Part shown: in pieces, positions 1 to 8,026 of the stretch
Layout: each line of letters begins with the position of its first letter
Position numbering within the stretch: position 1 is the stretch's first letter
Origin: Kofleriaceae bacterium
GTDB taxonomy: Bacteria > Myxococcota_A > Polyangia > Haliangiales > Haliangiaceae
Reading direction: 5' to 3'
NCBI GenBank assembly: GCA_965215005.1
Contig: CBDCCZ010000009.1
Location: forward strand, 35,981-99,980
Length of the DNA stretch: 64,000 nt
Made by a program: the position numbers and the translations under genes
Notes under the pieces: model-generated
The model's database searches: none
What the model was told of the DNA's origin: nothing
Seen by the model: the letters and a program-made list of their open reading frames with translations, nothing else

Positions 1-399
1 GGCGGTCCCATCGCCGACATCAACGTCACGCCGCTGGTCGACGTGATGCTCGTCCTCCTCATCGTGTTCATGGTCAGCGCCGAGCTCATTGACCGCGGGG
101 CACTGCCGGTGACGATGCCGACGGCGGCGAGCGCTTCTGCGCCGCCGGTCTCGCCCATCGGTGTGACCGTGACGGTCGACGGCAGCATCGCCATCGGGGA
201 GCGGGTGTGGCCCGACGCGGACCAGGCGGCCGCGGCCATCGTCGCCGAGCAGTCCCGCGAGCCCCGGCCGGTTCTGCTCACCGCCGATAAGGATGCGCGC
301 TATCAGCAGCTGGTGACCGTGCTCGAGGCGCTGAGCGCCGGCGGTGTCACCGAGCTCGGCCTCGCGGTTCGCGTCGATGACGGCCAAGGTGGCTCATGA
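1..399 (+). CDS. exbD: ExbD/TolR biopolymer transport protein (5' end outside window)
   Basis: Frame 1 reads GGPIADINVTPLVDVMLVLLIVFMV (ExbD TM motif with conserved Asp); ADKDARYQQLVTVLEAL near the C-terminus. Confidence 0.9.
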   Translation, partial: GGPIADINVTPLVDVMLVLLIVFMVSAELIDRGALPVTMPTAASASAPPVSPIGVTVTVDGSIAIGERVWPDADQAAAAIVAEQSREPRPVLLTADKDARYQQLVTVLEALSAGGVTELGLAVRVDDGQGGS

Positions 400-1196
400 G
401 GCGGAAGCGGATGATTCTCGACGGCCTCCAGCCGCCGCGCTACCCTCGAAGCTCGCTGATGCGTCGCCGCTGGATCAGGCCCGAGATGTTGCTCGGGGCA
501 CTCGCGATGCTCGGCAGCGGGTGTGAACCGCTCGCCGATGACACGTACGAAGGCGAGCCGCTCCTCGTCGTCAACGGCTACTTCGTTGACGACGCTGGCG
601 AGTACGCTTCTGGAGGTGACCTACAGCCCGTGATTTGGTGGATACCGCCTCCCGACTCGACGGGCGAGTTCGTGTTCGTGGATTCTGGTTACTCGAATGG
701 GTCTGACTTCAACCTCTGGTTGTCGATTTTGTTCGAGCCCTGGCTCGAGGTAATCGCTCCCTTAGCAACTCCTTTTGGCGCTGACGCTTCTGCTCCGCTG
801 GCGTTTGGGCAAATCGTGGGAGTGCCCCGCTCGAGTTGGGGCCCCGCTAGAAGAGAGTTCTACCCGCGAGAGGAGTGGCCTGCGCGGATCGCTGCCGTCG
901 TAGAGGGCTATGTCGTTGTGTCTGTGGGAGAGCGGCCGGGGAGTCCAACGGTGGATGCGAGCGTTCGATTGTTCGGCATCTCCATGGCCCCAGGCATCTA
1001 TCTTGCGTCGGTGACGCCCCGCGATGCCGACGAGTTGGCGCAGGCAGAGGCCTGCGAAGCGGCGGCCACGAGCTTGGAAGCGTGGGTGGCGTGTCCCAGC
1101 CGGTGGCCCGCGATCACGCCGCTCAGGTCCGGTAGTGTGGAGGCGCGGAAACTGGGAAGGCTCGAGGGAGTTCCTGCGTTTTCGTGGCCGCAGTAG
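396..1196 (+). CDS. Hypothetical lipoprotein
   Basis: ATGA overlap with exbD; lipobox-like LAMLGSGC followed by YEGEPLL; true start may be the ATG at 459. Confidence 0.7.
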   Translation: MRRKRMILDGLQPPRYPRSSLMRRRWIRPEMLLGALAMLGSGCEPLADDTYEGEPLLVVNGYFVDDAGEYASGGDLQPVIWWIPPPDSTGEFVFVDSGYSNGSDFNLWLSILFEPWLEVIAPLATPFGADASAPLAFGQIVGVPRSSWGPARREFYPREEWPARIAAVVEGYVVVSVGERPGSPTVDASVRLFGISMAPGIYLASVTPRDADELAQAEACEAAATSLEAWVACPSRWPAITPLRSGSVEARKLGRLEGVPAFSWPQ

Positions 1197-1211
1197 ATTG
1201 TTGCGCAGTTC

Positions 1212-1242
1212 CGTGCGGGATTATCAGCGACTGCGGTTCTAA
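1212..1242 (+). promoter_or_regulatory. Putative ECF promoter CGTGCG-N16-CGGTTCTAA (copy 1)
   Basis: Directly upstream of the ECF sigma gene; same boxes and spacing recur at 4153, 4879 and 5073. Confidence 0.7.
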
Positions 1243-1248
1243 CCAACA

Positions 1249-1782
1249 GTGCCCGTGACACCGCAGCAGTCTCGCCCGACCCAATCGACCGAGGAGCCAG
1301 CACCCGCCGTGGATGTTGCTGCCGCGTATCGGTCGTACGGACACTCTGTGCTTCGCCGTGCCCGGCAGCTGCTCGGCGACGAGGACGAGGCCGCCGACAT
1401 CATGCAAGACGTGTTTTCGTCGCTCTGGCACCGTCCAGAGCAATACGGCGGCCGCGCGGCGCTCTCGACCTGGCTGTACCGCGCGACGACGAACCTGTGT
1501 CTCAACCGGATGCGAAACCGCAGCAATCGCGATCGACTGCTGGTAGAGAAGGTCGCCCCGGCCATCGAGCGAGAAGGCGCCTCGGCCGCGGCTGAGACCC
1601 TGGCGCGGCAAGTCCTCAGTCAAATGCCAGTGGACCTGGCGCAAGCGGCTATTCACTACTTCATGGACGGAATGACCCATGAAGAAGTCGCCCAAGTGAT
1701 GGATTGCTCACCCCGTCACGTCGGAAACCTGATCAAGCGAGCACAACGATGGGCGCAACAGCGGGAGGTTGCCCAGCCATGA
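1249..1782 (+). CDS. ECF RNA polymerase sigma-70 factor
   Basis: Region 2 (DEAADIMQDVF, STWLYRATTNLCLNRMR) and region 4 HTH (GMTHEEVAQVMDCS). Confidence 0.92.
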   Translation: MPVTPQQSRPTQSTEEPAPAVDVAAAYRSYGHSVLRRARQLLGDEDEAADIMQDVFSSLWHRPEQYGGRAALSTWLYRATTNLCLNRMRNRSNRDRLLVEKVAPAIEREGASAAAETLARQVLSQMPVDLAQAAIHYFMDGMTHEEVAQVMDCSPRHVGNLIKRAQRWAQQREVAQP

Positions 1783-2525
1783 CTCAAAACCAACTTCAGG
1801 AGTATTGCGTTTCGAATCTGCAAATTGACCGCTGGCTCGTCGATGAGCTGGAGGCCGATGAAAAGCGGCGCTTCGATGAGCACTGCGCGATGTGCTTGGC
1901 GTGTCGTCGCCGGCGCGGTGAGCTCGCGGCGACGGCGCGCGCGTTCGCTGCTGCGTCGCCGCCGCTCGAGGTGTTGTCGGCAGCACCACCGCGCACGGCT
2001 CGACGCTGGTCGCGCGCGGCTGCAGGCGCGGCCGCGGCTCTGGCCATGGCCGCGGCGGCGCTGCTACTGATGCGCCCCGAGGGGGCGGGAGCTCCGCCAC
2101 AGGTAGCGTCGTCAACGCGAAGCAAGGGCAGCGAGGCCCGGTTAGAGGTCGTTCTCGCGTCTGAGGGAGCACAGCGGCTGATCGATAGCGGCGCCGTCGT
2201 CCATCCGGGAGACCTGCTCCAGCTCCGCTATACTAGTCCTCGCAGCGGATACCTGGCGGTGTTAGGGCGCGATCAGACGGGAATGATCAGCGCGTATTAC
2301 GAGGCCGATGGTCATGCTGCAGCCATCGTGGCCGGTTCTGAGATTGCTCTTTCTAACGCAATCGAGCTCGATGACACTTTAGGAACGGAAACGCTGTACG
2401 GGTTCTTCTGTGCCGATCCCGTGGCCATCAAGGCCTTGCGGGGCGTTCTCGAAGCACAGCCAGCCGAGCGAGTGGTGCCAACATCATGCGAGCTGCAGGA
2501 ACTATCCTTCGACAAGCAGCGCTGA
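1779..2525 (+). CDS. Putative zinc-binding anti-sigma factor with TM helix and DUF4384-like periplasmic domain
   Basis: ATGA overlap with sigma; HxxxCxxC (HCAMCLAC), Ala-rich TM, then RSKG...VHPGDLLQLRY...IELDD. Confidence 0.8.
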   Translation: MTQNQLQEYCVSNLQIDRWLVDELEADEKRRFDEHCAMCLACRRRRGELAATARAFAAASPPLEVLSAAPPRTARRWSRAAAGAAAALAMAAAALLLMRPEGAGAPPQVASSTRSKGSEARLEVVLASEGAQRLIDSGAVVHPGDLLQLRYTSPRSGYLAVLGRDQTGMISAYYEADGHAAAIVAGSEIALSNAIELDDTLGTETLYGFFCADPVAIKALRGVLEAQPAERVVPTSCELQELSFDKQR

Positions 2526-4096
2526 CCGCCGCCGTTGCCGCGGTGCTGGTTTCCATGAGCGGTTCGGCGCACGCCGACGCCCCGCGGTATGCGGTAGTCG
2601 TTGGCAACAACGATGGCGCGCCCTCACAGGGCAAGCTCGAATACGCGGAAAGCGATGCGCTCAAGATGTTCGAGGTATTGCAGGGCATCGGCGACTTCGC
2701 TGCCGCAAACACGCTGCTGCTCCGGGGCGCCAACGCTAGCGCTGTCAATGAAGCGGTTCTAACGGTCAATGAGCGCATTCGCGGCCTCGATCCAGCAGAG
2801 CGCGAGCGCTCGATGCTCGTTGTCTACTATTCGGGTCACGGTGATGCGAGTGCGCTGCACCTCGGCGACAGCACGTTCCCGCTTCGTCGGCTCGAGAAGC
2901 TCGTGAGCGGCTCCGCTGCCGCGGTGCGGGTGTTGATACTCGATTCCTGTCGTTCAGGTGCCGCCACGCGGGTCAAGGGCGGTCGGCTGGTGCCTTCGGT
3001 GCAAGTGCAACTGCGCTCGCGGCTTTCGAGTGAAGGGTTGATCATCCTCACGGCCAGCGCAGCCGGAGAAGATGCGCAAGAGTCAGATGAGCTGCAAGGG
3101 TCATTCTTCACGCACTATCTGGTTTCCGGACTTCTCGGCGCCGCCGATCGCGACGGCGACAACCACGTTGGCCTGCAAGAGGCCTACGACTACGCGTACC
3201 AGCACACGCTGCGAGCCTCGAGCCGAACGCTGCAAGGGGTTCAGCATCCGACCTTCCGCTTCGACACCCGCGGTACCAAAGATATCGCCTTCACCCGCGT
3301 TGCGCGTCCGACGCAGCGAGCGCAAATCGAGCTCCCCAAGGGTTATAGTTATCTACTGCTGCGTTCGGGACACCGAGGAGCGGTGGTGGCCGAGGTTGAT
3401 GCCACCGACCCGGTACGGACGCTGAGTCTGTCGCCAGGACGTTACTTCGTGCGCGTCCGTGCACGGGACTATTTGCTCGAAGGCCAGGTCGAGCTGCGCG
3501 CTGGCGTTGCCACCCGCGTCAACCACGAAGAATTCCGCCGCACCGACTATGCGCGCTTGGTTCGAAAGGGCGGAAGTGATCTTTCGCTGGTACACGGGCC
3601 TCGCTTGGCGTTCAGCTATCGCTCCGCGCTTTTGGGTGAGGGCGAGGCTACGGGTCTCTCCTTGTCCTACGTCTTCGAGAGTCGCTATGCCACGGTGGCG
3701 CCGCGACTCTCCTTCCGCGAAGAAGACATCACGACGCAAGTGACCTCATCGGCGCTGGGCGAGATGAGTGCAGATGTATTTCTCGGACATTCTTTGGATG
3801 TGCCGTGGCGAACGACGCTCGAAGTGGGCGCTGTCATCGGCGGAGCGCTCCTGTCGCAGAAGTATGACCAACCGAGTACGACGGTCACACCCGATCGGCT
3901 ATCGAGCACGGTCTTCTTGGGCACTGAAGCCACAGTGTTGCGCGAGCTGCCTGGCGGAACGTACCTAAGTATCACCCTTGGCTCACGCTCTTACTTCTTT
4001 GGCACCATCGGCGCCGCCAATAGCTCCGCTTCAACCGGATCCCGAGAGCAGCATTTCGCCTGGATCCTCGACTTTGGTATCGGCAAGCGCTGGTAG
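2486..4096 (+). CDS. Secreted caspase-family (C14) peptidase with probable C-terminal beta-barrel
   Basis: Signal peptide (AHA), dyad motifs YYSGHG and ILDSCRSG, alternating-hydrophobic strands ending LDFGIGKRW. Confidence 0.88.
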   Translation: MRAAGTILRQAALTAAVAAVLVSMSGSAHADAPRYAVVVGNNDGAPSQGKLEYAESDALKMFEVLQGIGDFAAANTLLLRGANASAVNEAVLTVNERIRGLDPAERERSMLVVYYSGHGDASALHLGDSTFPLRRLEKLVSGSAAAVRVLILDSCRSGAATRVKGGRLVPSVQVQLRSRLSSEGLIILTASAAGEDAQESDELQGSFFTHYLVSGLLGAADRDGDNHVGLQEAYDYAYQHTLRASSRTLQGVQHPTFRFDTRGTKDIAFTRVARPTQRAQIELPKGYSYLLLRSGHRGAVVAEVDATDPVRTLSLSPGRYFVRVRARDYLLEGQVELRAGVATRVNHEEFRRTDYARLVRKGGSDLSLVHGPRLAFSYRSALLGEGEATGLSLSYVFESRYATVAPRLSFREEDITTQVTSSALGEMSADVFLGHSLDVPWRTTLEVGAVIGGALLSQKYDQPSTTVTPDRLSSTVFLGTEATVLRELPGGTYLSITLGSRSYFFGTIGAANSSASTGSREQHFAWILDFGIGKRW

Positions 4097-4152
4097 CGCC
4101 GCCACAGCGAGGCGGAGCTGCGCGCGCTGCAGCCGTTTGCTCGTTTCTCATG

Positions 4153-4183
4153 CGTGCGTGAGCCGCGCCTGCGACGGTTCTAA
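4153..4183 (+). promoter_or_regulatory. Putative ECF promoter (copy 2)
   Basis: CGTGCG 4153-4158, 16 nt, CGGTTCTAA 4175-4183. Confidence 0.65.
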
Positions 4184-4253
4184 TTGGAGAACGGAAACGC
4201 TGGCCGACAAACGTGCTGGTCAGATAAACCGATCAGTCACCAAACGTAGGAGA

Positions 4254-4643
4254 ATGAATATGCAATACAAGCTGATCTCGATGCTGCTCGTTTCGTGCAG
4301 CGTGCTGACTGCAGCTTGCGACAATACCTGTGAGTTGTCAAAAAGCCAGAACACAATGGTCGAAGCGGTGGATGACACCTACGAGTTCACGTGGACCGAT
4401 GACAACGTGACGGAGCTGATTGTATCGCTCCAGACCTCCGAAACCGAGGGGGAGGTCGTGTGGTGGATCGCAGCGGCACCCGGAAATACGCTGCCTTCAG
4501 GCCTTCGCTATGGAGAGGTGCCTCCCGGCGCGACGGTTACGTCTGCCGCCGAAGATATCGTCGAAGGCGGCAAGTATGGAGTGTCGGTTCTTATGGACAA
4601 TGGCGACCAGAGCTGCTTCTTGGATAGCGATTTTTCGAGCTGA
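4254..4643 (+). CDS. Small lipoprotein, paralog 1
   Basis: RBS TAGGAG; lipobox LTAAC; YEFTWTDDNV and LPSGLRYG motifs shared with paralogs 2 and 3. Confidence 0.85.
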   Translation: MNMQYKLISMLLVSCSVLTAACDNTCELSKSQNTMVEAVDDTYEFTWTDDNVTELIVSLQTSETEGEVVWWIAAAPGNTLPSGLRYGEVPPGATVTSAAEDIVEGGKYGVSVLMDNGDQSCFLDSDFSS

Positions 4644-4878
4644 TCCGGCACCAGCTTGCCACTGGTCACCGCGGGTGTATGCGGCAAGGAGGGCGCCGAA
4701 CCTGCAGTGCAGTCAAGTGACCGAGAGGCGGAAGGGACGCGCCTCCTCGAATCCTCACAACACGCCGGCCGGCGATAGCTGCGTCGTTCGCAGCGGTCTC
4801 ACCCGCTAAGCCAGAGCCATCGCCAGCACCAACGCCGGCGATGGCAGGTGCGCGAAGACGGCTGGGAATTGAGATCGT

Positions 4879-4909
4879 CGTGCGCAAGGTGCGCCCGCGA
4901 CGGTTCAAA
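4879..4909 (+). promoter_or_regulatory. Putative ECF promoter (copy 3, no adjacent ORF)
   Basis: CGTGCG 4879-4884, 16 nt, CGGTTCAAA 4901-4909; downstream sequence resembles the leaders of copies 2 and 4. Confidence 0.55.
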
Positions 4910-5072
4910 GCAAAGGACGTGGTCGGTGGTCGACGAAGCGGCTGATCATTGCCCAAATTCCATTTCACCTAACCCCAGCTCCGAGACTGTCTCACCTAGC
5001 GTCGGAGTATAGACATGCGTTGTGAATTTGTTGTGGGAGAGAGCTGCGGAATCTGTTTTTTATCGCAGTTGT

Positions 5073-5103
5073 CGTGCGCGAGGACCGCGCACGGCGGTTC
5101 TAA
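5073..5103 (+). promoter_or_regulatory. Putative ECF promoter (copy 4)
   Basis: CGTGCG 5073-5078, 16 nt, CGGTTCTAA 5095-5103. Confidence 0.65.
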
Positions 5104-5173
5104 CTTGAGAACGTGATCGCTGGCCGGTAGGAGCACTGGTCACATTGAAGCCATCATCAAACTAGATAGGAAA

Positions 5174-5569
5174 ATGAACATGCGTTACAAACTTGCCCTG
5201 ATTCTGATTGCTATTTTGTTTTCGACCGTATTGACTGCAGGCTGCGATGGTACCTGCGAGTTGACGGCTAGTCAGGATGTTGCTGTCAAAGCGGTTGATG
5301 ATACATATGAGTTCACGTGGACCGATGACAACGTCACAGCGTTGCGCGTCACGCTTTGGACCTCAGATGACGAAGGAACCGTGGTGTGGAGCGTTGCAGC
5401 GGCCCCGGGAAAGAAGCTGCCTTCCGGAATGCGTTACGGACAGGTGCCTGAGGGCGCGACTGCGTCGACCGCCGCCAAGGATCTGGAAACAGGTGGCAGA
5501 TACACGACGGTGATCGAGATGGAAGAAGGCGGGGAGAGCTGCGTTGCGGAAAGCGACTTTTCCCGCTGA
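5174..5569 (+). CDS. Small lipoprotein, paralog 2
   Basis: Lipobox LTAGC; VDDTYEFTWTDDNV, LPSGMRYG, C-terminal SDFS. Confidence 0.85.
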   Translation: MNMRYKLALILIAILFSTVLTAGCDGTCELTASQDVAVKAVDDTYEFTWTDDNVTALRVTLWTSDDEGTVVWSVAAAPGKKLPSGMRYGQVPEGATASTAAKDLETGGRYTTVIEMEEGGESCVAESDFSR

Positions 5570-5600
5570 GCGGGCGCCAGCACCCACGAACCTTCGCTGA

Positions 5601-5625
5601 GACGCCGTGTGCGGCACACGGCGTC
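5601..5625 (+). terminator. Perfect 11-bp hairpin between paralogs 2 and 3
   Basis: GACGCCGTGTG-cgg-CACACGGCGTC; no U-tract, so function is uncertain. Confidence 0.4.
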
Positions 5626-5667
5626 CTCGGAACGTTCACTAAGCCGATGTCTATAGGAGAATATCAG

Positions 5668-6078
5668 ATGCATATCAAGAACATACTGGTCCTTGTGGGG
5701 CTCGTCGCTTCCTGCGCAGGATCCGCGGGTTGCGTCGAAGAATCCTGCGGGTGGGAAGCTGATCAAGAGCTCGCGGTCACGAAAGTCGACGGGACGTACG
5801 AGTTCACGTGGACGGAGGACAACGTCGTCAAGATGACAATCAACGATGTTGGCGTCAGACAAGATCCAAACGAATCGGTGGACGAGGCTGTAGTTTGGCG
5901 CGTCGAAGCGGCGCCCGGTGCCAAACTTCCTTCGGGAGTTCGTTACGGGGTCGTGCCGGCCGGCGCAACCGCGCCAACTGCCGCCAAGGACCTCCAGCCA
6001 AGTGGCAATTACCGTGCGTTGGTGACGATGGAAGATCACGGCGAGGAGTGCTACGGGCACGTCGAGTTCTCGAAGTGA
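5668..6078 (+). CDS. Small lipoprotein, paralog 3
   Basis: RBS TAGGAG; SAGC lipobox; YEFTWTEDNV, LPSGVRYG. Confidence 0.85.
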   Translation: MHIKNILVLVGLVASCAGSAGCVEESCGWEADQELAVTKVDGTYEFTWTEDNVVKMTINDVGVRQDPNESVDEAVVWRVEAAPGAKLPSGVRYGVVPAGATAPTAAKDLQPSGNYRALVTMEDHGEECYGHVEFSK

Positions 6079-6096
6079 CGCTTGGCGGGTGTCTCG

Positions 6097-6134
6097 AGAC
6101 CGAGGTTTCCGGGCCCTGGCGGGAACCTCGGTCT
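6097..6134 (+). terminator. Stem-loop after the lipoprotein array
   Basis: AGACCGAGGTTTCC ... GGGAACCTCGGTCT inverted repeat. Confidence 0.45.
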
Positions 6135-6175
6135 AACGATTCCGGCGTAAGTCATTAAGGTGGGCGAAGTGACCA

Positions 6176-6282
6176 CCGCTTGAGGAGACACCGAGCCGGG
6201 GCGCGTGAGCCGCAGAAATCTGCCGCGCTTGCCCCGCATAGGGGCTGCGGATTTCAGGGTTGCGGATCCCGCGGCGTCGTAC
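6176..6282. repeat. Diverged partial copy of the 150-bp dispersed repeat
   Basis: CGCTTGAGGAGACACCGA...GCAGAAATCTGCCGCGCTTGCCCCGCAT...ATCCCGCGGCG matches the units at 55213-55495. Confidence 0.75.
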
Positions 6283-6482
6283 CCGAGCTGCTTCGCAGCG
6301 AATGCCGAGTAAAGGTGCAAGTGAACCGCTAGCGAGCTTCATCTTTCTAAACGCGGTTCATGGTGGCATCAGGATTCTAGTGCCATTGATTGCCAGCTTG
6401 TGCCGGGCTTTGCTGTCCATTGCATGCGCGCTGCGCCGCGGCGCGTGCGAGATTCAGCCGCAAAGCCATGAGGAGGCTGTGC

Positions 6483-6773
6483 ATGACTACTACTAATTAC
6501 TTGCGTGGACTGATTGTGCTCATTTCTTTATCGTTTACTGCATGCGGTGGAAGCCAGTCCGCAACGTCAACGTCGTCCGGGGCGCCATCGAATCCGACTT
6601 CCGCCACGGCTGCCTCGTCTGACGACGAGGTCGTTTGCCATGACGAGCAGGTCACCGGAAGCCATTTGCCACGCAGGATCTGCATGAGCAGTACCGAGCG
6701 CGAGCGCCGCAGGGAGCAAGACCAGAAGACCCTGCGGGACCGCGTGCCCGTGCAGATCAAGCCTGCTCAGTGA
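6483..6773 (+). CDS. Small lipoprotein
   Basis: AGGAGG RBS; lipobox FTAC; C-x6-TGSH-x5-C motif. Confidence 0.8.
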   Translation: MTTTNYLRGLIVLISLSFTACGGSQSATSTSSGAPSNPTSATAASSDDEVVCHDEQVTGSHLPRRICMSSTERERRREQDQKTLRDRVPVQIKPAQ

Positions 6774-6838
6774 GCCGCTAACGAGCTAGGCGGCGGCTGC
6801 ACAACGCCGCTCGGTACGGATCCGCGGCGTTGCCAGCC

Positions 6839-6905
6839 GCCAGCCGCTGCCGAAAGCCAGCGGCTGCCAAAGCCAGCCGTCGCCGAAAGCCAGCCGTCGC
6901 CGGAG
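6839..6905. repeat. Tandem repeat, about 17 bp x4
   Basis: GCCAGCCG(C/T)(T/C)GCCGAAA-like units. Confidence 0.75.
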
Positions 6906-6989
6906 AAGGTTGCCCTCAGCGCGGCTTGATGAGATCTCACAGGCGTCGCGAGCGGCTGCGCCGCGGCCTGTAGCGGCGTAAGGTGAGGT

Positions 6990-7883
6990 GTGAGCTTCTT
7001 CGACCGATTTCGTCGCAAGCCTAGCGACTCCGCCAGCGATGGCGGAGACGCGCCCGTGGTGGTCTCGTCGCAGGCCATCGACTTGGCGCATGCGGCTGCC
7101 GATCATCTGCGGTTGCTCTATCCAGACGCCGCGGGTGCCGTGCAGCTCACGTTCGAGACCGGCGAGAGCGGCTTGATCATCGCGGCCGCCGAGCTCGAGA
7201 GTCTGGCCGAGGAGCCGCCTCCGGACGTGCTCGTGGACGCGACCGAGCTGCGGCGAGCTCTTTTGCTCGAGGCCGTCGAGCAACTGTTGCGTGCGCTGGG
7301 CGTGCCGGAGGAACGTGCGACGGCCTTCGAGCTGAAAGTATGGCCAGAACGGCTGTCCGTTCTCGGTTTCGAGATCGCCATCGACGAGCAGCGGTTGATG
7401 TATGGCGCTGCGTTCATGGCGGCGCTGCGGGCTTCGGCCGACGCGGCGATGCGTCGTCAAGAGGAGCTGCAAGCGGCGATGGCCGCGCTCGGCATGCGCC
7501 GCGTGAGCTGGGATCGCGAGGGCGGTTCTTTGTATTTGGTGGCAGCCGACGAGGCCGAGGTTGCCCGTGTGCCCGCCGATCTGCTGGGTACGTTCGCCGA
7601 AGCTGGCTCGTGGTGGTGGGCGTGGGCCGATGATGAGCTCGACCCCGCTCACGTCGCTGCCTCGCGCGTCCTACGCGAACGTGGCGCCAGCGCCGGTTTG
7701 GCCGTACTCGGCGCTCCGCAGTTCCCCTGTACGGCGCCGTTTGCTCTCACGCTGGCGCAGCTTGGCGCCGCTGAGCTGGGGGAGCGGGCATTCTGGCGGT
7801 GGCAGCAGGGCGGGGTGCAGCGATTCTTCGCCGTCGATCCCAATGACGTTGTGGCCATTGCAGGGGATTCTCGACGCGAATGA
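6990..7883 (+). CDS. Hypothetical protein with DUF6882-like C-terminal domain
   Basis: GAGG RBS and GTG start; LLGTF...SWWWAWAD motif. Confidence 0.7.
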   Translation: MSFFDRFRRKPSDSASDGGDAPVVVSSQAIDLAHAAADHLRLLYPDAAGAVQLTFETGESGLIIAAAELESLAEEPPPDVLVDATELRRALLLEAVEQLLRALGVPEERATAFELKVWPERLSVLGFEIAIDEQRLMYGAAFMAALRASADAAMRRQEELQAAMAALGMRRVSWDREGGSLYLVAADEAEVARVPADLLGTFAEAGSWWWAWADDELDPAHVAASRVLRERGASAGLAVLGAPQFPCTAPFALTLAQLGAAELGERAFWRWQQGGVQRFFAVDPNDVVAIAGDSRRE

Positions 7884-7899
7884 ATAGGGACTAAGCAAC

Positions 7900-7962
7900 C
7901 CTCGAGCCGCCGCAGGAGGCACTCGAGCCGTCGCAACGGGCGCTGGAGCCGCCGCAAGGGGC
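7900..7962. repeat. Tandem repeat, 21 bp x3, between convergent genes
   Basis: CCTCGAGCCGCCGCAGGAGGC / ACTCGAGCCGTCGCAACGGGC / GCTGGAGCCGCCGCAAGGGGC. Confidence 0.75.
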
Positions 7963-8026
7963 CCACGAGAAGCGGTAACCCGCCCTCGTGGTCGGCGCAG
8001 GCGAGTACCGCGATTCCCGCTGCGGA

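Noticed and set aside
2754..2762. Fifth CGGTTCTAA occurrence
   Set aside because: Inside the caspase CDS and lacks the CGTGCG box 16 nt upstream
4177..4192. GTTC-N8-GAAC palindrome (also at 5097-5112) as a separate operator or LexA box
   Set aside because: Overlaps the putative -10 box and is not retained in the 1234 or 4901 copies; explained by duplication
4254..6134. Integron-like cassette array
   Set aside because: No integrase and no paired RYYYAAC/GTTRRRY attC structures; genes are paralogs with their own promoter-like motifs
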